A model generated the notes under the pieces. The model saw only the letters and a list, made by a program, of their open reading frames with translations. It ran no database searches and was not told the DNA's origin. Both the position numbers and the translations under genes were made by a program. A DNA stretch of 10,844 nt, from contig JAXSMZ010000034.1 of assembly GCA_037924335.1 (NCBI GenBank), positions 1 to 10,844 on the forward strand. Reading direction: 5' to 3'. This document shows, in pieces, positions 1 to 6,641 of this stretch (its first letter is position 1; each line of letters starts with the position of its first letter). Source of the DNA: Aquificaceae bacterium (GTDB lineage Bacteria > Aquificota > Aquificia > Aquificales > Aquificaceae).

Positions 1-213
1 TTAACACATTAACCCAGACCATATAAAACCCTTGACAGACAAGGCTTAGAAGTGTTAACTACAGGTTAACTTTTTGGCGTAATTTTCTGTGATTTTTTGT
101 GGTTTTTTGAAGCACTAAACCGTTGATAGACAAGGCTTTAAAAACTATCCCATTGAAAGACAAGGCTTTTAAGAATGGCTTTTCTCAAGGCTTTGATTTA
201 TAAGGGTTTTAAC
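1..213. mobile_element. Possible attachment-site arm (attL/attR) of an element integrated at tRNA-fMet; element body would lie left of the window
   Basis: Position at a tRNA 3' end, IHF-consensus matches at 116-128 and 186-198, arm-site-like direct repeat GTTAACT at 54-60 and 65-71, no obvious terminator hairpin. No integrase is in the window, so this is inference only. Confidence 0.35.
29..208. repeat. Dispersed 19-bp direct repeats, consensus CCnTTGAnAGACAAGGCTT (three close copies, one degenerate)
   Basis: Read directly: CCCTTGACAGACAAGGCTT 29-47, CCGTTGATAGACAAGGCTT 120-138, CCATTGAAAGACAAGGCTT 150-168, degenerate GCTTTGATTTATAAGGGTT 190-208. The region is AT-rich, has no ORF, and abuts the tRNA 3' end. 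Confidence 0.85.
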
Positions 214-287
<74 letters not shown>

Positions 288-306
288 TCTCTATTACAAA
301 TTAAAA

Positions 307-335
307 ATTATACACTTATATTTCTACCAAGTCAA
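307..335 (-). promoter_or_regulatory. Sigma-70 promoter for tRNA-fMet, overlapping the peptidase 3' end
   Basis: Minus strand: TTGACT (335-330), 17 nt, TATAAT (312-307). The -10 ends 19 nt upstream of the tRNA 5' end. Confidence 0.85.
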
Positions 336-1383
336 GGGATATCGATGAGAGAGGCTTTCCATACCCACCTTCAACAGCCACTATGTTTTCAAGCCTTATG
401 CCAAACTCTCCTGGTATGTAAACTCCGGGCTCAACTGTAAACACAAAACCCTCCTCTATGATCCTTTTTTTATCAGGTCCCTTGTAGTAAACTCTTGGAT
501 ACTCATGAATCTCCACACCTATTCCGTGTCCTGTTGAGTGTGTGAAGAACTTGCCAAAACCCTTACTCTCTATGTATTTCCTTGCTGTCTTATCTATATC
601 TCCAACGGCGTTTCCTACCTTCACCCTCTCCAGAGCAAATAGGTGTGCATCTTTTACAACTTGGTAAACCTTTTTAAATTCGTTCGAAGCTTTACCAACA
701 AAGATGGTTCTTGTAAAGTCAGTACAGTAGCCTTTCCACAAAAGGCCCATGTCAATGAGAAGGTTCTTACCATGCTCTATGCTTCTTTGGGATGTCTCCC
801 AGTGGGGAATGGCAGACCCCTCACCGCATGCCACTATTGCGGGAAAGCTCTCACCCAATCCACCCTCTTTGAATATCTCTCCAGTTATAAAGGCTCTGAC
901 TTCAAGTTCTGAAATGCCAGGTTTTATAAAATCCAGCAGTCTTTTGTATATTAGGTCGCTTTTTCCCACGCCTTCCTCCATCAGCCTTATCTCATCATGG
1001 TTTTTTATAACTCTTATCTCTTTGAGAAAACCAGAAAAGCCAATCCATCTTACTCCCTTTGTCCTCAACTTCTCCTTGAATTCGCAGCTTACCCTGTCTT
1101 TTTCGTAGCCAACTATTTTAGCTCCCATCTCCTTTAAGAAAGCTTTCAGATACTTGAGGGCACTCTGTTCTATTAGCCTTACATCCCAATTGGGTAGAAG
1201 CTCCTTTGCCCTCTCGTAATATCTCCCATCCGTTAGAAGGTGATGGCTCTTATCGGTGAGAAAAACATAAGCATGAGTTGACCTAAAGCCAGAAAGGTAG
1301 AAGACGTTTGCTTGGGAATTAAAGAGGAATGCGTCAATGCCTTTTTCCCCCAAAAGTTTTTTGACCTCCAGTAGCCTTCTCAT
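316..1383 (-). CDS. pepQ: Xaa-Pro dipeptidase/aminopeptidase P (M24B family)
   Basis: 355 aa. N-terminal creatinase-like domain (NVFYLSGF, LTDGRY) and M24 metal-ligand motifs IDMG...YCTDFTRT, HSTGHGIGVEIHE, TVEPGVY, GIRLEN. Start overlaps the rpoN stop (ATGA). Confidence 0.93.
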   Translation of the reverse strand: MRRLLEVKKLLGEKGIDAFLFNSQANVFYLSGFRSTHAYVFLTDKSHHLLTDGRYYERAKELLPNWDVRLIEQSALKYLKAFLKEMGAKIVGYEKDRVSCEFKEKLRTKGVRWIGFSGFLKEIRVIKNHDEIRLMEEGVGKSDLIYKRLLDFIKPGISELEVRAFITGEIFKEGGLGESFPAIVACGEGSAIPHWETSQRSIEHGKNLLIDMGLLWKGYCTDFTRTIFVGKASNEFKKVYQVVKDAHLFALERVKVGNAVGDIDKTARKYIESKGFGKFFTHSTGHGIGVEIHEYPRVYYKGPDKKRIIEEGFVFTVEPGVYIPGEFGIRLENIVAVEGGYGKPLSSISLDLVEI

Positions 1384-2528
1384 CTCAGACCCAGAAGCTT
1401 CCTGTACTTGGCTACAGTCCTCCTCGCTATGTTTATACCCCTTGACCTCAAAAGCTCTGAGACCTCTCTATCGCTTAGAGAGTCATCCATCTCCAGAACT
1501 TCCCTTATGGCTCTCATCACTTCTTCCTTGCTGACTCCTCCTTTACTCTCCTTAACAAAGAAGAATCTAAGGGGGAATGTTCCAATGGGTGTTTTTACAT
1601 ACTTGGAGTTTATCATCCTGCTAACTGTGGATATGCTCACATCCATCCTTTCTGCTGCACCTTTCACTGTTAGACTTTTAAGTGGCTCGTTCCTAAGTAG
1701 AAAACCTTCCTGTCTTTCTATGAGGAGCTGACCTATACCTCTGAGAACTTTTCTTCTCATCTCAATGAGAAACTTTAAGTTTTTAGCTTTCCTCAGCTTT
1801 TCCTTACTCAATTCGTCCTCCTGATGCTGTTCTTCTTTGATCTCTATGTCTATAAAATCATCTTGGATGAAAAGGTACCAGCTTTCTCCATCGTGCTCAA
1901 GGAGAAGGTCCACCCTTGAAGTGGTTTTGACACTGTCCTCACTCGGTATGGGTCTTAGCCTCAGCCGCGATATTATATCCTTTACGTTTTTTCCCACCTT
2001 GCCGCTTTTGATGGATTGAAGAACTTCTCTTCTGAACTCAGCATCCTCTGGATACATCTCCTTTAGCTGGACTTCCAAAAACTCCTCAAGGTTTTTGGAA
2101 GCTACACCTATTGGTTCTATCTCCATCATTATGAACTCCCTTATATCTTCCACGTAGTCCACGCTTACACCGTATGTGTCTGCTATGTCTTCTAACCCAC
2201 ACTTCAAGAAACCATCATGGTCTACTCTGTAGAGGATCTCTAAGGCTATATCTCTATCGTCTCCATCAAACTCAAGGTTTATCTGCTCCAGTAGCTGCTT
2301 GTACACGCTGTTTGTTGCTACTGGCTCCTTAGGCTTTACCTCCTCTCTAAAAAACCATGTTGGAACCCTTTTGACCACATAGGATATGTAAGGGTTCTGA
2401 GACTTTTCCTTTTCAAGCTCTTGCTCCAAGTCCTGCGCTGTTTTTGTAAGAAGTTCTACATCGTGCCTTAGAAGTATAGACAGATTTAACTTTGGCTTTA
2501 CCGTAGTCTTTAGCTCACCTCTAACCAT
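1380..2528 (-). CDS. rpoN: RNA polymerase sigma-54 factor (compact form)
   Basis: RpoN box ARRTVAKYR (1401-1427), LSD motif, STVSR...KYVKTP.G.FPLRFFF, core-binding DHDGFL and EPIGVASKNLEEFL. The ORF track starts at TTG 2537; the in-frame ATG at 2528 seems more likely but the start is uncertain. Confidence 0.93.
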   Translation of the reverse strand: MVRGELKTTVKPKLNLSILLRHDVELLTKTAQDLEQELEKEKSQNPYISYVVKRVPTWFFREEVKPKEPVATNSVYKQLLEQINLEFDGDDRDIALEILYRVDHDGFLKCGLEDIADTYGVSVDYVEDIREFIMMEIEPIGVASKNLEEFLEVQLKEMYPEDAEFRREVLQSIKSGKVGKNVKDIISRLRLRPIPSEDSVKTTSRVDLLLEHDGESWYLFIQDDFIDIEIKEEQHQEDELSKEKLRKAKNLKFLIEMRRKVLRGIGQLLIERQEGFLLRNEPLKSLTVKGAAERMDVSISTVSRMINSKYVKTPIGTFPLRFFFVKESKGGVSKEEVMRAIREVLEMDDSLSDREVSELLRSRGINIARRTVAKYRKLLGLR

Positions 2529-2538
2529 ACTATACAAG

Positions 2539-3789
2539 TTAAACCTTTTCTTCCTCTTGTGCCATTATGTAAAGGCTCACTATTCTGTTTCCTTCCATCT
2601 TTTCCACTCTGAACTTAAAGTTGTTGTACTCAAACTCATCACCTTCCTCTGGAACTTTAGAAAGGTTGGCCATAACAAACCCTCCAACTGTATCATACTC
2701 GTATTCTTCTGGAAGTTCAAAACCTACAACTTTTGCAACTCTCTCCACATCTGTCCACCCATAAACCTTGTAAGTGTCCTTAGAAATTTTCACAAGGTCC
2801 TCCTCCCACACCTCTGGTACGTGTCCAAATACCACCTCAGCAACGTCATGAATGGTAACAAGGCCGACTACTTCCCCATGCTCGCCAACCACTATAGCTA
2901 TCTGGGTGCTGGATTCTCTCATCTCCTTGAGCAAGGACATGACGCTAAGCATCTCTGGCACAAACAGAGCAGTTTTCTTGAACTCTTTTAGTTTTCTGCT
3001 TTTGTTTTCCTCCAAAGGTATAAGGTCTTTTACGTATACTATTCCAGTTATGTTGTCCATATCTTGCTCAAAAACGGGTATACGCGCATGCTTTCTCTCA
3101 ATGACCTTCCCAAAGGCTTCTTCAACTGTCAGGTCCTCATCTAGGGCAAAAATATCCAACCTTGGCGTCATTATCTCCTTTACAAGCGTATCATCAAGGG
3201 ACATAGGTCTTTCCACAAGGTCCTTATCATCGGCTGTAAACAATCCAGCCGCATGTCCCATATCAAATATGTCCCAAAAAACTTCTTCTACCTTCTTCTT
3301 CTCTTCCATCCTAAGGTCAAAGGTTTTTAAAAGTCTTTCAAGCGTAAAAGCCAGCGGTAGCCTGATCGGTGTGAAGAGAATGTGAAAAACGTAAAATATA
3401 GGTGTATAGAGCAAGGAGAGTTTGGTAGTGAAAGGTAGTACCAGATTTTTTGGAAAGACCTCTCCAAACACAAATATCAGAAGGCTCATAAGAAATACAG
3501 ATATGGAAGCACCCTTTGTTCCAAAAGCATCCACAAAGACCTTAGTCCCGTAAGAGGATATGAAAACGTTTACTATTTCGTTCCCTATGAGTATGGAAAG
3601 GAGAAGCTCCCTAGGCTTAGATAGTAATCTACTTAATAGCCTGTATACCTTCCTCTGCGCATACCTTTTTAGGATGTACCTGTTGGTACCAAAGAAAACT
3701 ATCTCTGAGGATGAGAAAAAGCCAGACAGGTACAGAAAAAGAAGCAACAGGAGAAGTTCAGTATAAGTTACAGGCAACGAACCTTCCAT
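2539..3789 (-). CDS. CNNM/CorC (TlyC, hemolysin-annotated) family membrane protein: DUF21 + CBS pair + CorC_HlyC domain; probable Mg2+/Co2+ transport
   Basis: 416 aa. LSGFFSSSE, ILIGNEIVN, IFVFGEVFPK (DUF21); VKEIMTPR, HARIPVF, IVVGEHGEVVGLVTIHD (CBS); YDTVGGFV...KVPEEGD (CorC_HlyC). GGAGG Shine-Dalgarno lies about 9 nt before the ATG at 3789. Confidence 0.92.
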   Translation of the reverse strand: MEGSLPVTYTELLLLLLFLYLSGFFSSSEIVFFGTNRYILKRYAQRKVYRLLSRLLSKPRELLLSILIGNEIVNVFISSYGTKVFVDAFGTKGASISVFLMSLLIFVFGEVFPKNLVLPFTTKLSLLYTPIFYVFHILFTPIRLPLAFTLERLLKTFDLRMEEKKKVEEVFWDIFDMGHAAGLFTADDKDLVERPMSLDDTLVKEIMTPRLDIFALDEDLTVEEAFGKVIERKHARIPVFEQDMDNITGIVYVKDLIPLEENKSRKLKEFKKTALFVPEMLSVMSLLKEMRESSTQIAIVVGEHGEVVGLVTIHDVAEVVFGHVPEVWEEDLVKISKDTYKVYGWTDVERVAKVVGFELPEEYEYDTVGGFVMANLSKVPEEGDEFEYNNFKFRVEKMEGNRIVSLYIMAQEEEKV

Positions 3790-4675
3790 CCTTGTAAACC
3801 TCCCTTAGGCTATACTCGCATTCTTTCATTTTCTCCAAGCACAGGGGATAGAAGGGACAGCCATCGCTGTTCTGCAGAGCCTTAAACTCTTCAAAGGTCC
3901 TTATCTTCCTATCCCTTGGATGTTTTACTGGAAGGTTAGCAAGCAGGTACTTGGTGTAGGGATGCTTTGGTTCTTGAAGGACCTCCTCCTTAGACCCAAC
4001 CTCCATAAGTTTACCGCCGTATATTACTCCTACTCTGTCAGCTACAAGTTCAACTGCCCTCATATCGTGAGTTATTAGGATGGTGCTGATCCTTTCCTTT
4101 TTAAGATCAGAGAAAAGCATGAGTATATCTTTTCTTATGGTTGCATCTAGGGAAGCTGTTGGTTCATCAGCCACTATGAGTCTTGGAGACAAAGACAGAG
4201 CTCTACCTATGGCAACCCTTTGTCTCTGACCACCCGATACATTCTCTGGTCTCCTCTCAAGAAGGTTCTCGGAGAGTCTAACCATCCTTATAACCTCTTT
4301 CAGTCTTTTTTCCTTCTCTTTTATGCCGTGTACCAAAAGTGGTTCTTTTATTATTTCCTCTATATTCATATAGGGGTTCAGGGAAGACCTTGGGTCTTGA
4401 AAGACTGCAGCAACCTTCTTTGTGTACTCTTTTCCAAGGAGAAGTATGCTCTTTCCCTCAAACCTTACCTCTCCGTAGGTAGGTTTTTCAAGCCTTAGGA
4501 TCACCTTGCCTATTGTACTCTTTCCAGAACCTGACTCACCCACAAGAGCGAAGACCTCCATCTCATTGACCCAAAAGCTGACATCCTTAACAGCGTAGAA
4601 AGGGAAAGACCTGAATAGCCCCTTGCTTACTCTAAAAACTTTTGTAAGAGAGATAACCTCAAGAAGTTTACTCAT
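3758..4675 (-). CDS. Oligopeptide/dipeptide/nickel-type ABC transporter ATP-binding protein (OppF/DppF-like)
   Basis: 305 aa. Walker A GESGSGKST, Q-loop VFQDP, signature VSGGQRQR, Walker B LIVADEP, H-loop ITHD, C-terminal PKHPYT and GCPF..C..C..C extension. Confidence 0.93.
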   Translation of the reverse strand: MSKLLEVISLTKVFRVSKGLFRSFPFYAVKDVSFWVNEMEVFALVGESGSGKSTIGKVILRLEKPTYGEVRFEGKSILLLGKEYTKKVAAVFQDPRSSLNPYMNIEEIIKEPLLVHGIKEKEKRLKEVIRMVRLSENLLERRPENVSGGQRQRVAIGRALSLSPRLIVADEPTASLDATIRKDILMLFSDLKKERISTILITHDMRAVELVADRVGVIYGGKLMEVGSKEEVLQEPKHPYTKYLLANLPVKHPRDRKIRTFEEFKALQNSDGCPFYPLCLEKMKECEYSLREVYKDGRFVACNLY

Positions 4676-6042
4676 ATGGTCCTTGAGAATCTAAGCTCCT
4701 TCTTCTTCTCTATGTACTCATCAAAGTTCATGGCTATGTTTCTGATGAGCAGTCTACCCTTTGGTAGGACCTTGACCTTTCTCTCCTCTACTGTAAGGAG
4801 CTCGTCCTCTTGCATTTCCTTCAACCTTTCTAACTCCCTCTCAAAGTGGCTCTCAAAATCTATTCCAAACATCCTTTCTATCCTATCAAAATCACAGACG
4901 AAATTGCACATAAGGTCCATGATCACCTCTCTCCTAAGAAGGTCCTCCTCACTAAGGATGTACCCTCTCATTATGGGGAGTCTGCTATTGTCCAAGGCTG
5001 TGTAGTATTCCCTTATGGTTTTGTAATTTTGAAAGTATCCATCGTAGAGCATGCCTATGGAAGTTGCACCTATACCGATGAGGTCCACGCCCTTCTTTGT
5101 CGTATAACCTTGAAAGTTCCTCCAAAGAGTTCCTTCCCTTTGGGCCAACGTAAGCTCATCCTTTTCTTTGGCAAAGTGGTCCATTCCTATGAAAACATAC
5201 CCAGCAGACTGAAAGAGTTCTATGGATAACCTGAGCATCTCGAGCTTTGTCTCTGGTGGTGGTAGAGTTGATGGTTCTATCTTCCTCTGAAGAGGTTTGA
5301 GCCATGGCACGTAGGCGAAGTTAAAGACAGCCACCCTATCAGGGTCTAAGGCTATGGTTTTTTCAATGGTTCTCCTGAACTTCTCTGGCGTCTGATGGGG
5401 AAGGCCGTATATTAGGTCTATGTTTATGCTTTCAAAACCAAGGTATCTGAGGTCTTTCATAACTTTCTGCATAAGCTCATAGGGCTGGACTCTGTTTATA
5501 GCCCTTTGTACCTCCTCGTCCGTATCCTGAAGACCCATGCTTATACGATTAAATCCCAAGCTCCTTAGGGTTTCCAGTTGTCCTTCGGATAGATACCTGG
5601 GGTCTATCTCTACGCTCACCTCTGCCTTCTCATCTAAGCTGAAGATCTCTTTTATACAACCCATCAGCTCAGTTATCTCCTCGTTGCTGAGAAAGTTGGG
5701 TGTCCCACCGCCCCAATGAAGCTGTACCACCTTTCTGGACCTATCTATATACTGTCCCAGCTTTTCCATCTCCCTACGCACACACTCCAGGTATCGACCG
5801 CTCACATCCTTTCTGTGGGATATGATCACATTGCAACCGCAGAACCAGCATGCACTCTCGCAGAAGGGAATATGCACGTAAAGGGAAAGGGTCCTACCTC
5901 TTTTGTTGCTCTCATGAAGCTTTTTTATGTAATCTTGCTCTCCCACACCAGCATGAAACTCAGTAGCAGGCGGGTAGCTCGTGTACCTTGGCCCTGGCTT
6001 GTCGTACTTTTCTATTATGTCCCTGTCAAAAATAGTCCTCAT
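4672..6042 (-). CDS. hemN: Oxygen-independent coproporphyrinogen III oxidase (radical SAM)
   Basis: 456 aa. GPRYTSYP, SLYVHIPFCESACWFCGC (CxxxCxxC), HWGGGTP, IGMDHFA, RNFQGYT and C-terminal RFSRTI match true HemN rather than HemW. Confidence 0.96.
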   Translation of the reverse strand: MRTIFDRDIIEKYDKPGPRYTSYPPATEFHAGVGEQDYIKKLHESNKRGRTLSLYVHIPFCESACWFCGCNVIISHRKDVSGRYLECVRREMEKLGQYIDRSRKVVQLHWGGGTPNFLSNEEITELMGCIKEIFSLDEKAEVSVEIDPRYLSEGQLETLRSLGFNRISMGLQDTDEEVQRAINRVQPYELMQKVMKDLRYLGFESINIDLIYGLPHQTPEKFRRTIEKTIALDPDRVAVFNFAYVPWLKPLQRKIEPSTLPPPETKLEMLRLSIELFQSAGYVFIGMDHFAKEKDELTLAQREGTLWRNFQGYTTKKGVDLIGIGATSIGMLYDGYFQNYKTIREYYTALDNSRLPIMRGYILSEEDLLRREVIMDLMCNFVCDFDRIERMFGIDFESHFERELERLKEMQEDELLTVEERKVKVLPKGRLLIRNIAMNFDEYIEKKKELRFSRTI

Positions 6043-6050
6043 CCTTCTAT

Positions 6051-6095
6051 AGTATAAACTACGCTATGCTTAAGAAAGATCAAGAGCTGTATAAT
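6051..6095. promoter_or_regulatory. Back-to-back -10 elements for hemN (minus) and the methyltransferase (plus)
   Basis: TATACT on minus at 6056-6051 lies 8 nt before the hemN ATG. TATAAT on plus at 6090-6095 lies 6 nt before ATG 6102. Both -35 elements are weak. Confidence 0.55.
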
Positions 6096-6101
6096 GTTCT
6101 C

Positions 6102-6641
6102 ATGGCTATGGCTGACAAGGAGCGTTGGGAACAAAGATACATGAGTGGATGGAGATCCCAGACCCACAAAACTCTTTTAGACTTCTATAACCTGGCTCCA
6201 GTCGGTAAAGCTTTGGAGCTTGCCTGCGGTACTGGGGAGAATGCTATATTCTTGGCAAAAAAGGGCTTTGATGTAGATGCCATAGATATATCATGTACAG
6301 CCATAAGTATAGCAGAGGATAACGCAAAAAGAGAGGGGGTTAACGTAAACTTTCTGTGTGCAGACTTGGATGAGTACACACTTCCAGAAAACACTTACGA
6401 CCTTATAATAAACTTTTACTACCTCAGCAGGAGATTGTCCAATCCTATTGTGAAGGCTCTAAAAAAAGGGGGTCTTCTTATCTTTGAGACTTACAACCAA
6501 AAGCACATGATTATAAGAGAGGATTTTAATCCAGACTTTCTGCTGAAGGACGGGGAGCTTTTGGAACTTTTCAGAGGTTTGGAGGTTCTTTACTACAGGG
6601 AGGAGTTCAACGTATCTACTTTGGTGGGTAAGAAGGTTTAA
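6102..6641 (+). CDS. Class I SAM-dependent methyltransferase (TehB-like), substrate unknown
   Basis: Motif I ALELACGTG, VDAIDIS, YDLIINFYYL, LKKGGLLIFET. The ORF is open from ATG 6066, but TATAAT at 6090-6095 favours ATG 6102 or 6108. Start uncertain. Confidence 0.88.
   Translation: MAMADKERWEQRYMSGWRSQTHKTLLDFYNLAPVGKALELACGTGENAIFLAKKGFDVDAIDISCTAISIAEDNAKREGVNVNFLCADLDEYTLPENTYDLIINFYYLSRRLSNPIVKALKKGGLLIFETYNQKHMIIREDFNPDFLLKDGELLELFRGLEVLYYREEFNVSTLVGKKV

Noticed and set aside
32..60. Plus-strand promoter starting at TTGACA (32-37)
   Set aside because: No acceptable -10 at 16-18 nt (TTAACT/TAACTA). The hexamer is better explained as part of the repeat.
29..208. CRISPR array interpretation of the 19-bp repeats
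   Set aside because: The repeats are short and degenerate, and their spacing is irregular (91/30/40 bp). There is no constant repeat-spacer period.
2956..2970. TGGCAC as a possible sigma-54 -24 element (similar hexamers near 2560 on minus and 5305 on plus)
   Set aside because: None is followed by TTGC at the -12 position, and all are intragenic.
2539..3789. Hemolysin/virulence interpretation of the CBS-domain protein
   Set aside because: The DUF21-CBS-CorC architecture is the ubiquitous CNNM/CorB metal-transport family. The hemolysin label is a legacy annotation.
6070..6083. FNR/DNR-like box TTAAG-AAAG-ATCAA upstream of hemN
   Set aside because: It has two mismatches to TTGAT-N4-ATCAA and is centred only about 32 nt from the predicted hemN TSS rather than about 41.5. 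Too weak to call.
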